A stretch of DNA of 56,476 nt from a virus (lineage: Duplodnaviria > Caudoviricetes), in IMG/VR virus record IMGVR_UViG_3300028802_000186, positions 1 through 56,476 of that record; one strand, 5' to 3'. Every line of letters begins with the position of its first letter. Positions within the stretch are counted from its first letter, which is position 1. The position numbers and the translations under genes were made by a program. Under the pieces are notes generated by a model. It was not told the origin of the DNA and did no database searches. It saw nothing but the letters and a program-made list of their open reading frames with translations. Positions 1-9,021 of the stretch are shown piece by piece.

Positions 1-132
1 TTCGTGCACCGCCAGATGACTAAGGGCCAGTTCGACAGCCTTGACGACGCCACCCAGAAGAAGGTCCTCGACGACCTGGACCACCAGATCGCCAACGGCT
101 CGGGTGCGCGGACGAAGCAGCTTGCCCAGGAT
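1..132. repeat. Terminal direct repeat (circular assembly overlap), copy 1
   Basis: 1-132 is identical to 56345-56476 except position 127 (C) versus 56471 (A). Confidence 0.97.
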
Positions 133-3100
133 GTGAAGGACCGCTTCCAGCCTGCGGCGGCACCGTCCGGCCCGGCCGCCTTGAAGCCCTCCGCGCCGCT
201 TGCGCCCGGCACTGCCGCGCACGTGCAGCACGCCAACGCCGTCGCCAACCGGACGGCACCCAAGGCGCAGATGTCGAAGACGCAGGTCGACTCGTACGGC
301 ACGCTGTCCAAGGCCGACTTCGACCAGCTCGCTCCGGCCGCGCAGAAGACGATCCGGGACGACCTGGCCAACGCCAAGGGCAAGTTCCTCGACCCGAAGA
401 AGCGGCAGGCCGCACAGGATCTCCTCGATCGTTTTGGATCGAGGCACCCCGCTTCGGCCGCTCCCGGGCCGTCCGCGACACCTGCCAGCCCAGCCCACCC
501 CAAGGGCTACAGCGACCCGATGAGCGAAGTCATCAAAGCTGCGCAGGGTGGCGACAACGGCAAATTCCTCCAGACGGTCGCCCGCATCTCCCCGGCCACC
601 GCCGCCAATTTCGACAACGGCGACCGCAAACAGATCCTCGCCCACCTCGACTTCATCGCCAGCCACCCGAAGGCCACCGACGAGCAGAAGGCGAAGGCGT
701 CCGCGTACGGCCGGATCTTCGGTGGGGGCACCCACGTGCCCGCCGCAACGAAGTTCGACCACACCCCGTCGATCGGAGAACTGCACACCGAGGAGCAGAA
801 GGGCGGCCACGCCGCCGCATTCGACGCCCTCAAGGCCGCCGACGATACGTCGATGCCGCGCGCCGATCGGATGAAGGCGCTCACCGCGCTGGACAAGGCC
901 CAGTTCGACGCCCTCGCCCCCGACGAGCAGCGCAAGATCACTGACGCACTGCACGTGCTGCACACCGACCAGAAGGGCACGACCGGCGGGATCACCCTGG
1001 ACAAGGCGGCCGGGCTGGCTATTGAGCGGCTGACCGGGGTGCGGCCGGGCCTGCACCGGCTGAGGCAGGCCGAAGCCGACTTCCGGGCCGGGAAGATCGA
1101 CGCCAAACAGTTCTGGGCCCAGCTTCTCCGCGCCCGGGTCCAGGACCCCGGATCCAGCCACACCCCCGGATCGGCCGGGGCCCTCCTCGAAAAGGAGGCC
1201 GCCCGGGTCGCACGGGACAACCCGACCCTGCCGCTGTGGCTGCGCGCCTCCATGATCGAGAACCCGTACAACGCCATAGGGCGCACCTACAATGCCGTCG
1301 CCATGGCAAGCATGGAGCACACCTGGGAGCCCGCCCCCCGGCTGTCAGGCAGCGACATCACAGCTATCTTCGGCCCCACCGTCGACGACCTCGCCGCCGC
1401 CGACCCGATCCACGCCGAGGCGATCAAGGCGCTGCGCGGGCACCTCATCGAAACCGGCCTGAAGGGTGACCCCGGCGTTCCCACCGGGAGCCCCTGGTCT
1501 CTCGCCACCCGCAACCATGTGGTGGACAACCTCCTGGGGATCTCCAGCGTCAGCCCGGAGGTCCCCGCCGAACGGCTGGCCGAATACAACGCCCTGCCGC
1601 ATGGTCAGCAGGCGCTGGTCCGCAAGGTGCTCCGCGAGCGCCTCGACAGCCAGACCAGCGATCATGCGAAGACTGGCACCTGGCTTGCCCTGCGCGAACT
1701 GGAGGGCCGCGCACCCCTTTCCCCGGAGCAGCGGGACGCCGCCATGGCCGCAACCGACAGCTTCCCCCGGTCCGGCGCGGACGACACCTACCGCAAGCTG
1801 CTCATCGCGGAGTTCGACGAGCTGCCCACGTACACCCGGGCCGCGATCCGCGCCAACCTGCTCCAGTTTCAGACGCGCGCCGAGCGCAGCGGCCCCGTCC
1901 GTACCTGGGGCGCCTCCGATAACCCGCTGGAGGTGTTCCCCGGTGCGCTCGCCGACCACCTGGCCGGGGTGCGCACCTTCTACGCGGATCGTCGCCTGCG
2001 TAACGCGTCGGACATCGCCAACTTCGGCACGAAGATCATCAACCCGTTCGACCGGACCCGGGCATACGAAGAGGTGCCGATCGGCCTCTTCCGCAACATG
2101 CCCCTGGGCGATCAGGCCCTGATCAACGACGACCTGGACAAGATCGCAGCCGACACGGCCAACCCCCTGCAAATCCGGTACGGCGCGCAGGTCGCCAGGG
2201 ACGTGCTGCTCAACACGCCCGCCCACATCAACACCCCGCAGCTCGTCGCCCTCAAGAAGGCCGACCCCCGACCCGGCCGCGAATCGTCCGACGCCGACGT
2301 GATCGGTGCGCTCGGCTACCTCGACAAGAGCGACTACGACAAGCTCAACAAGACGTACCGCGAGGCCATCGACGCGCGGATTGCGGCGCTGCCCGGCGCC
2401 GTGCAGCAGGCCATGACCGCCAAGTACCACCCGGCCGCCCCTGCAGCGACCCCCGCCGGGTACACGCCGACGACAGTGCAGGCGAACGTGCCGCCGCACG
2501 TGCAGGCCGCCCTGGACACCATCTACGGCGTCCACAAGTCCGGCAAGTCGCACACCATGGCCCACCAGCTGTCCACCTACGGGGCGCTACGCGGGTCCGA
2601 CTTCAGCCAGCTCAACGCGCAGGAGCAGGGCCACCTGCTCGGTGATCTGTCGTTCATCGCGACCACCGCCAAGGGGCCGTCCGCCGACAAGGCCCGCAAG
2701 TTGATCGACCGGTTCACCCCGGCTGGTACGCCGTCTGGGCAGGTGCCGACCGGCGCGGTCATCCCCCCGGCCAACGCCGTGCCCGGCCAGGTCCGCTACG
2801 CCACCCCGCTGAAGGGCCTGGAGCAGGCGAAGGACTCCGGCAAGTCCGGTGACGGCTGGATCTCCCTGCCGGGCGGCGGGCGGGTGTGGGGCGCGCACGG
2901 CGCGGCCGGTCTGCTGCTGCAGCACGTCGATCCGCAGACCGGCGAGAAGCGCTACCTGATGGTGCAGCGCGGCCCGGCCATCTCCGACCCGGGCAAGTGG
3001 ACGTTCCCCGGCGGCGCCAGCGACTCGAAGGAGACCCCGCACCAGGGCGCAGCCCGCGAGACGATCGAGGAGCTGGGCCTCAAGGCCGACGCCCTGAAGG

Positions 3101-4167
3101 ACGCCCTGGTCCACGGCGACCACACGTTCTCGGTGCCGAACCACTCGTGGAAGTACACGACGGTGGCCGCCCAGGTCCCGACGATGATCAAGCCGAACCT
3201 GACCACCGCCCACGCCCGCGCCGAAACGTCGGACGCGAAGTGGATGACGATCGATGAGATCCGCGCTCTCGACAAGAGCGGCCAGCTGCACGGCCCCATC
3301 GCAGGCGGCAAGCTGGAGCAGAACGTCATCTCCCTGTACCCGCAGGGCACCGGCCAGACACTGGGCCAGGTCGCCCGGCCCGGCCCCGTCACCAAGCGTC
3401 CGGGGCGGCTCCGCCTGCCGTCCGCCGGTCGCCAGGCGCCCGCCACGTTCAACGCGTGGCCGCACGCCCACAAGCCCTCGAAGGGCAAGGACCTCATCCC
3501 CGACAAGGCCGCCTTCGACGCCCAGCGGCAGAAGATCAAGCAGGACCGCAAGCTGTACGACGGCAAGACCGCCGACGGCCGCCTCGCCGCCATCGGAGCC
3601 CAGCAGGGATTCGACGACACCCCCACCGTCGTGGACCGCAAGGAGATCGATCGGCTCCTGGCCACCGGCGACTACATCGAGGCGTGGCGCGGCGTGTCCG
3701 GCGCCGGTGGCTGGTCGGCGCGCTCCCGGGGCGGCTCTGGCGGAAAGACCGCCGCCGACATCAACGAGGAGATGCGCACCGGCCCCGCCTACTACGGCAA
3801 GGGCATCTTCGGCAACGGCTACTACCTGGCCACTCAGAAGCGGGTGGCTGAGCAGTACTCCGACCACACCCACGGCTCCGTGGTGCGCATCCTCATCCCG
3901 AAGAGCGCCGTCACCCAGAAGTACGACAAGGTGTCGAAGGAGTCCCACGCCAACCCCCGGATGTCGAAGGCCAAGGGCGGCGGCTACGACGTCAGCACCT
4001 TCTACGACCCGGGTCGGTACGCCGCCGCGAAGGGCCTCGACGGTATCGAGATCAACGCGCACCACAGGTCCCCGAGCGGCGGCGCCGCGCACGTGGCGTC
4101 CAGCGGCAAGCCTGCCTTCAACTGGCTGAACCGCTCCGTGTTGATCCTCCAGAAGGAGCCCGCATGA
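1..4167 (+). CDS. 3' part of giant (~1839 aa) head-module protein with helical repeats, Nudix hydrolase and C-terminal ART-like domain; true start at 54992 across the junction
   Basis: Frame is continuous with the open frame 54992-56476; canonical Nudix box G-ASDSK-E-TPHQGAA-RETIEELG at 3013-3078; C-terminal AWRGV...GIFGNGYY...AEQYS pattern. Confidence 0.85.
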   Translation, partial: FVHRQMTKGQFDSLDDATQKKVLDDLDHQIANGSGARTKQLAQDVKDRFQPAAAPSGPAALKPSAPLAPGTAAHVQHANAVANRTAPKAQMSKTQVDSYGTLSKADFDQLAPAAQKTIRDDLANAKGKFLDPKKRQAAQDLLDRFGSRHPASAAPGPSATPASPAHPKGYSDPMSEVIKAAQGGDNGKFLQTVARISPATAANFDNGDRKQILAHLDFIASHPKATDEQKAKASAYGRIFGGGTHVPAATKFDHTPSIGELHTEEQKGGHAAAFDALKAADDTSMPRADRMKALTALDKAQFDALAPDEQRKITDALHVLHTDQKGTTGGITLDKAAGLAIERLTGVRPGLHRLRQAEADFRAGKIDAKQFWAQLLRARVQDPGSSHTPGSAGALLEKEAARVARDNPTLPLWLRASMIENPYNAIGRTYNAVAMASMEHTWEPAPRLSGSDITAIFGPTVDDLAAADPIHAEAIKALRGHLIETGLKGDPGVPTGSPWSLATRNHVVDNLLGISSVSPEVPAERLAEYNALPHGQQALVRKVLRERLDSQTSDHAKTGTWLALRELEGRAPLSPEQRDAAMAATDSFPRSGADDTYRKLLIAEFDELPTYTRAAIRANLLQFQTRAERSGPVRTWGASDNPLEVFPGALADHLAGVRTFYADRRLRNASDIANFGTKIINPFDRTRAYEEVPIGLFRNMPLGDQALINDDLDKIAADTANPLQIRYGAQVARDVLLNTPAHINTPQLVALKKADPRPGRESSDADVIGALGYLDKSDYDKLNKTYREAIDARIAALPGAVQQAMTAKYHPAAPAATPAGYTPTTVQANVPPHVQAALDTIYGVHKSGKSHTMAHQLSTYGALRGSDFSQLNAQEQGHLLGDLSFIATTAKGPSADKARKLIDRFTPAGTPSGQVPTGAVIPPANAVPGQVRYATPLKGLEQAKDSGKSGDGWISLPGGGRVWGAHGAAGLLLQHVDPQTGEKRYLMVQRGPAISDPGKWTFPGGASDSKETPHQGAARETIEELGLKADALKDALVHGDHTFSVPNHSWKYTTVAAQVPTMIKPNLTTAHARAETSDAKWMTIDEIRALDKSGQLHGPIAGGKLEQNVISLYPQGTGQTLGQVARPGPVTKRPGRLRLPSAGRQAPATFNAWPHAHKPSKGKDLIPDKAAFDAQRQKIKQDRKLYDGKTADGRLAAIGAQQGFDDTPTVVDRKEIDRLLATGDYIEAWRGVSGAGGWSARSRGGSGGKTAADINEEMRTGPAYYGKGIFGNGYYLATQKRVAEQYSDHTHGSVVRILIPKSAVTQKYDKVSKESHANPRMSKAKGGGYDVSTFYDPGRYAAAKGLDGIEINAHHRSPSGGAAHVASSGKPAFNWLNRSVLILQKEPA

Positions 4168-4397
4168 ACCCCGTAGGCCAGCTGTTCCACCGCCTCGGCG
4201 AGGCTCTCGGGAGCGTTGACGTGCAGCCCGATGAGCGCGATCAGATCCTCACCGCATGGACGGCGGCGGGCGGCGAAGACGGGGCCACCTGGGAGAAGCT
4301 GCCGCTCGGCATCCAGCACCTGGTGACGCAGATCGAGGGGCGCCCCCGGCAGTCGTGGGACGACCCGGCCGACCTGCCGGACCAGAAGGGCCTGTAG
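4164..4397 (+). CDS. Small hypothetical protein translationally coupled to the giant gene
   Basis: ATGA overlap with upstream stop; 77 aa. Confidence 0.7.
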   Translation: MNPVGQLFHRLGEALGSVDVQPDERDQILTAWTAAGGEDGATWEKLPLGIQHLVTQIEGRPRQSWDDPADLPDQKGL

Positions 4398-4432
4398 CGC
4401 GCTGTATCATCTGGGCCGACAGGAGGAATGTC

Positions 4433-4549
4433 ATGAAGAAGATCATCGCCGCGCTCGCGCTCGCCGCCGACCTGGCGTTCGGTGCGACGCTCGTCGTCAT
4501 CGGCACCGGCGTCATCGTCGGATTCTCCACCGGAGCGCTCTGGTACTGA
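4433..4549 (+). CDS. Small membrane peptide (38 aa)
   Basis: AGGAGG RBS; hydrophobic MKKIIAALALAA...; TATCAT -10-like hexamer upstream. Confidence 0.6.
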   Translation: MKKIIAALALAADLAFGATLVVIGTGVIVGFSTGALWY

Positions 4550-4599
4550 ATCCGTCCCGCAGCCGTACCATGTGCCCTATCCGGAGAAGGGGATAACGC

Positions 4600-6627
4600 A
4601 TGGGGACCGCCTGGCAGATGCCGCTAGCCGTCATCGGTAAGCCGACCGGCGACGGCCGTCAGTTCGATGCGGGGGCGCTGTCGCACCGCGACCTGCCGTT
4701 GCCGCTGCGGTACGTCGCCTCCGACTCCGGCGGGCACGCTAACGCCGTGATCGTCGGACACATCGCGAAGATCGGCAAAGAGAAAGACGGAATGCTTCCC
4801 GGCAGAGGGGAGTTCTACGACGACGAATCCTGGCCCGAGGATGTGCGTAACGCCGCCACGGCCGCCCGGATGTTCACCGAGAACAAGGTGATCGGCCCGT
4901 CCGTCGACCTTGATCAGCAGGAAGTCGAACACGTCCCCGAGCCGAAGGCGTACGCGAGCTGGAAGAAGGATCAGGCCGGGAAGCTGAAGGCCGCGAAGAT
5001 GGCCCACTCGAAGGCCACCGGCGGCGACTGCGGCTGTGGCAGCGATCCGGTCATGGCCGAGGAGTCATACGAGGGGCCCCGCCTGCGGATGATCCGCTCC
5101 GGCCGGATGGCGTCGGCCACGCTGGTGCACATCCCGGCGTTCGCCGAGCTGTCCGGGCACGCGAAGCTGATCCCGATCGACTCGTCTGACCCGAACGTGG
5201 ACGGCACCACCTCCTCGGCGATGGTCGCGGGCGCTCTGCTCGAATTCGACTGGGCCGCCGTCGAGTGGGACAAGATCGAAAACGATGCGGAGATGACTCC
5301 CGAGCGGCTGGCTAATGTGCTTTCGGACGGCGCCGTCGCCCCCGGCAAGGCGGTCAGTCCTATCCCCCATCGCAAGGCCAAGAAGAAGCCGAACGTGGAC
5401 GGCTCGCAGGACACGCAAGAGATGGCCGCCGACTCCGGCATCTGGCTTTCGGACGCCGAGTACGAGGGGTTCGCCCGCAAGAAGCTGCCGCGCCCCTCCA
5501 AAGAGGGCGAGCCCGAGCAGCAGGGCACCGACGGCGAGCAGGCCCAGGGCGGCGGCGGACTGGGTGGCGGCACCTACGCCATGGACCGGGCCAAGATCGA
5601 CTCGCAGGACTTCGTCGACCCCGACGGCCGCCGCTTCCCGATCACCGACTGCGCCTCCATCGGCGACGCCATCAGCTCGTACGGCCGGGCCGACCCGAAG
5701 ATCCCATACGCGAAATTCAAGGCCCGCGTGACGGCCATCGCCAAGCGCAAGGGCTGCCAGGGCAGCCTGCCCGACAACTGGAAGGCCGGAGAGAAGATGG
5801 CCGCACTCATGGCGGCAGCCGCCCCGGCCGCCCCGGCCGCCCCACCCAAGGAATGGTTCGACGATCCGAAGCTGACCGGCCCGACCCCGCTGCACATCGG
5901 CGACGACGGCCGCGTGTACGGCCACGCCGCCACCTGGGGCACCTGCCACATCGGTATCGGCGACTCGTGCACCCTGGCCCCCAAGTCGGCCACCAACTAC
6001 GCCTACTTCCACACTGGCGAGGTGGTCACCGCCGACGGATCCCGGATCCCCGTCGGCCGCCTGTCGTACGGCAAGGGCGGCCACGCCGGGCCGAACCTGG
6101 GCTACCGGGCGGCGGCCGAACACTACGACAGCACCACCAGCCTCGGCGCCCTCGTGCGCGCGGGCGAAGACCAGTACGGCATCTGGGTGGCGGGCGCCCT
6201 CGTGCCTGAGGCCGACGAGGCGGCGATCCGCACCATGCGGGCAACCCCACTGTCCGGTGACTGGCGACGTGTCGGCGCCAACCTGGAGATGGTGGCCGCC
6301 CTGCACGTCGTCACCGCCGGGTTCCCCATCCCTCGCGCGGTCACCGCCTCGATCGGGCAGGAGGAGGCCGTACTGAGCCTGGTCTCGGCTGGCGTCCTAT
6401 GGACCGAGCAGCCCGGCGACTCGGTCACGGCCTCCTTGCCGATCGACACGGAGGCTCTGGGGCGGGCCATCGCTCGGGGCATGCTCGCCGAGCAGCAGGA
6501 GGCCGTCGCGCTCTCCGCGCGCGCGGAGGAGTGGCGCCAGCTGGTGGCCGCCGCCACGGCGGTGGACCTCAGCGCCGATTACGATGACGCCATGGGCGAC
6601 CTGATGGCCGTCCTGGTTCAGGAGTGA
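4600..6627 (+). CDS. Capsid maturation protease / scaffold-like protein
   Basis: TGDGRQF...RDLPLPL N-terminus and GRVYGHAATWGTCH...GEDQYGIWVAG...LSGDWR C-terminus typical of actinophage head proteases; located upstream of capsid genes. Confidence 0.75.
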   Translation: MGTAWQMPLAVIGKPTGDGRQFDAGALSHRDLPLPLRYVASDSGGHANAVIVGHIAKIGKEKDGMLPGRGEFYDDESWPEDVRNAATAARMFTENKVIGPSVDLDQQEVEHVPEPKAYASWKKDQAGKLKAAKMAHSKATGGDCGCGSDPVMAEESYEGPRLRMIRSGRMASATLVHIPAFAELSGHAKLIPIDSSDPNVDGTTSSAMVAGALLEFDWAAVEWDKIENDAEMTPERLANVLSDGAVAPGKAVSPIPHRKAKKKPNVDGSQDTQEMAADSGIWLSDAEYEGFARKKLPRPSKEGEPEQQGTDGEQAQGGGGLGGGTYAMDRAKIDSQDFVDPDGRRFPITDCASIGDAISSYGRADPKIPYAKFKARVTAIAKRKGCQGSLPDNWKAGEKMAALMAAAAPAAPAAPPKEWFDDPKLTGPTPLHIGDDGRVYGHAATWGTCHIGIGDSCTLAPKSATNYAYFHTGEVVTADGSRIPVGRLSYGKGGHAGPNLGYRAAAEHYDSTTSLGALVRAGEDQYGIWVAGALVPEADEAAIRTMRATPLSGDWRRVGANLEMVAALHVVTAGFPIPRAVTASIGQEEAVLSLVSAGVLWTEQPGDSVTASLPIDTEALGRAIARGMLAEQQEAVALSARAEEWRQLVAAATAVDLSADYDDAMGDLMAVLVQE

Positions 6628-6646
6628 GGTAGGAGGAGGTTCACCG

Positions 6647-6805
6647 ATGGGCTGCAACTGTGGAGGCAACGGCTCCGGACTCGGCAACTACGAGGTGAGA
6701 GACGCGCAGGGAAATCTGCTCAAGCGTTTCACGGCCGTACGCGAGACTGAGGCCAAGGTGTTCGCGGTGAAGACGGTCGGCGCTACCTGGCGCAAGACCA
6801 GCTAG
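6647..6805 (+). CDS. Small MGCNCG-type phage protein
   Basis: AGGAGG RBS; MGCNCGG start, common next to actinophage head proteases. Confidence 0.7.
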   Translation: MGCNCGGNGSGLGNYEVRDAQGNLLKRFTAVRETEAKVFAVKTVGATWRKTS

Positions 6806-6811
6806 AACGCA

Positions 6812-6855
6812 GCAGAAGAGCCCGACCCCGGGGAAGTGGGGTCGGGCTCTTCTGC
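6812..6855. terminator. Bidirectional terminator hairpin
   Basis: Perfect 18-bp inverted repeat GCAGAAGAGCCCGACCCC between convergent genes. Confidence 0.85.
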
Positions 6856-6859
6856 CCGC

Positions 6860-7183
6860 CTACTCGGGTGAGCCGAACGCCTGGTCGCGTGCCCGCTTCA
6901 GCACCTTGATCAGCCGGTTGGCCTCCGCCCAGTCGTCGAGGATGGCGTGCCAGCCGTCGAATTCCGGCGTGTACGCGAGCTTCTCACGTAGGGCCCTCAT
7001 GTCGATGACCGGCTGCCCGGCCTCGATCAGCCACTGATTGACGATGGCGATCAGGCGGTCCGTAGCCTCGTTCGGGTGTGCCTGGCTGGACGCCAGGGTG
7101 GCTACCTGGATGGTGCCCTCGTGGTTGCTGCCCCACGCCACGCGCACGTGCACGCTGGGGGCGTAGATCGTCTCGCTGGGCAT
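6860..7183 (-). CDS. Hypothetical protein
   Basis: 107-aa ORF in leftward cassette. Confidence 0.7.
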   Translation of the reverse strand: MPSETIYAPSVHVRVAWGSNHEGTIQVATLASSQAHPNEATDRLIAIVNQWLIEAGQPVIDMRALREKLAYTPEFDGWHAILDDWAEANRLIKVLKRARDQAFGSPE

Positions 7184-7244
7184 CGCTTCTCCCGTCTCGG
7201 GGTGGTGCGCCCGGCGTCTCGCCGGTGCACGTGCAGGCTACCCC

Positions 7245-7445
7245 TCAGATGGAGTCGCGGTAACTGACCGGCGGGTTGCGCACGCCGTGGTCGACGATCA
7301 GCCCGGCCCACGGGTCGATCTCGATGTCCACCTTGGTGGAGTTGCCTGCGCCCCCCGTCGCGCCCATCGTCGAGTACCCGGATTCGCCTACGCTGAGCAG
7401 CAGCACAACCTTGCAGCCATGCCAGATCCGCAGGGTCTTTTCCAT
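7245..7445 (-). CDS. Hypothetical protein
   Basis: MEKTLRIWHG... start after upstream stop. Confidence 0.55.
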   Translation of the reverse strand: MEKTLRIWHGCKVVLLLSVGESGYSTMGATGGAGNSTKVDIEIDPWAGLIVDHGVRNPPVSYRDSI

Positions 7446-7453
7446 GCCATCCC

Positions 7454-8149
7454 CTAGCTCTCGTCGTACCGCGCCGCATCGGCGTGGGCGTCCCAGCCCG
7501 TCTGCCGGGCGCGTTCCTGATCCGCCAGCCACCCGGCAACGAGCCGCTTGGTCGCGCTGGCCGGGAGGCCGAAGCCCTCAATGAACGCGGCCACCTCGTC
7601 TCGCGTCAGCGGCGCGGTCCGTGGCTGCCGTGCGGAGACCGCCACGTTTGCCCGCGCATCCGCGACCCGCCTCTCCCAGTGCACCACCTGGACCTTCTTC
7701 ATCTGCGGCGCGATCGGCTTGCCGTCGAGCACGTCAAGCGTGAGCTGGTGCGGGCGCCCGTCGTAGAACCTGTCCAGCACCGCGTTCGGAAGCGTCGGAT
7801 CGGCGACCACCGTGGAAAACAGGGTCATGCAGGCGTGCAGCTTGTAGTTGTCCGGGTAGCTGAACATCAGCCGCCGGTGACTGAGGACGCCCATCGTGCA
7901 TTCGGCCAGCCGGGCGCGCAGCACCGGATCGCCGATGTAGGCGGCGGCCTCGGCCTTGTCGGCGAGCCCGTAGTGCTGCGCGGTTTCGCTCTTCGCCAGG
8001 ACGCGCAGCTGCGGGAACACAAACCACATCCAGTGGGTGCGCTTACGCCCTGCCACGATCTCGCTGCGCGCCCTGGCGTACGCGCCCTGCCGGGCGTGGG
8101 CGACGTGGAAGCGGTCCAAGCCGACCGCGCGCTGCGTCATGGCGCTCAC
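7454..8149 (-). CDS. DUF1810 (Rv1873-like) family protein with C-terminal extension
   Basis: LDRF...AYARARSEIVAGRKRTHWMWFVFPQL...HYGL...KLHACMTLF signature; GTGA overlap start (alternative ATG 8140). Confidence 0.85.
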   Translation of the reverse strand: MSAMTQRAVGLDRFHVAHARQGAYARARSEIVAGRKRTHWMWFVFPQLRVLAKSETAQHYGLADKAEAAAYIGDPVLRARLAECTMGVLSHRRLMFSYPDNYKLHACMTLFSTVVADPTLPNAVLDRFYDGRPHQLTLDVLDGKPIAPQMKKVQVVHWERRVADARANVAVSARQPRTAPLTRDEVAAFIEGFGLPASATKRLVAGWLADQERARQTGWDAHADAARYDES

Positions 8150-8466
8150 GGCCGCCACCTGTGCTTGTTCAGCACGGCAACCACCAGGTCCAGGCCGACG
8201 CCGCTGATCAGCGTCTCGGAGCACCCCTCGCAGCCGAGGTGGAGGGTCGTCTCCGTGTCCCAGTCGTACAGGCTGCGCGCGCCCGGGAAGGCCGCCCAGG
8301 TCAGCTTCTCCTCGCCGCACTCCGGGCATACGCCCCGGTTGATCAGGGCGGCCCGGCAGCTCGGGCAGGTCATCTCGGCCAGCTGGGTGGTCAGCTCATC
8401 CCGGCGGGCGGCCGAGAGGCGGCACTCGGTCAGCGCCGTACCGCGACCGTTCAGCAGGTGCCTCAC
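8146..8466 (-). CDS. Zinc-ribbon hypothetical protein
   Basis: CPSC, CPEC and CEGC motifs; GTGA overlaps. Confidence 0.65.
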   Translation of the reverse strand: MRHLLNGRGTALTECRLSAARRDELTTQLAEMTCPSCRAALINRGVCPECGEEKLTWAAFPGARSLYDWDTETTLHLGCEGCSETLISGVGLDLVVAVLNKHRWRP

Positions 8467-8720
8467 TCCTTGCCCGCCTCGTCGTTGTCGGCCACGGTCT
8501 CCCACTCGCCAACGGGGCGGCGGAGCAGTTCGCTGGCGGCGAGGCGCTGGTACTTGGGGGTGACGCGGTCGGTCCGGGCAAGCGTGTCCTGGATCGCATC
8601 GTGCCGGGCGCGTGCCTCCATCTCGTGACGCACCTCCCGGATCTCGACGTGCGTCTGCTCTACCGCGCCTGTGCCGTCGAGGTATTCCATGGTGATTTTG
8701 ACTGCCCACTGGTACTGCAT
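8463..8720 (-). CDS. Hypothetical protein
   Basis: GAGGAGG RBS before ATG at 8720. Confidence 0.7.
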   Translation of the reverse strand: MQYQWAVKITMEYLDGTGAVEQTHVEIREVRHEMEARARHDAIQDTLARTDRVTPKYQRLAASELLRRPVGEWETVADNDEAGKE

Positions 8721-8737
8721 GATGGCCTCCTCGTGTC

Positions 8738-8803
8738 TGTCTGCCGTAAGCATACGCTATGCGCGCAGGCTAGCGCAACGGTGGTGTACGCTGGCAGCAT
8801 ACA
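8738..8803. promoter_or_regulatory. Divergent promoter region with two 19-bp operator-like palindromes
   Basis: TGTCTGC-N5-GCATACG (8738-8756) and TGTACGC-N5-GCATACA (8785-8803); leftward TTGCGC-N18-TATGCT. Confidence 0.65.
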
Positions 8804-8817
8804 AGCTGGAGGTGGCC

Positions 8818-9021
8818 GTGACCGAAGCGCTGTTCGACGTAGCCGACCCCGACCCGGGCCGTGAGCATCAGGCGTGCGACCGCTGCCTCATCGCGGCCTG
8901 GGCCTCCAACGACGGGCTCCGCGCTCGCGGCTGGCACGTCTACGACGGCACCTCCCAAACCGGCCTGCCCCTGCACGTCCGGATCTGTCCGGCATGCCAA
9001 CGGAAAGGAACGCACCCATGA
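8818..9021 (+). CDS. Small Cys-rich hypothetical protein
   Basis: GGAGG RBS; CDRC...CPAC. Confidence 0.6.
   Translation: MTEALFDVADPDPGREHQACDRCLIAAWASNDGLRARGWHVYDGTSQTGLPLHVRICPACQRKGTHP

Noticed and set aside
4-6. GTG at base 4 as the start of the 1387-aa ORF
   Set aside because: The frame continues upstream across the circular junction to ATG 54992.
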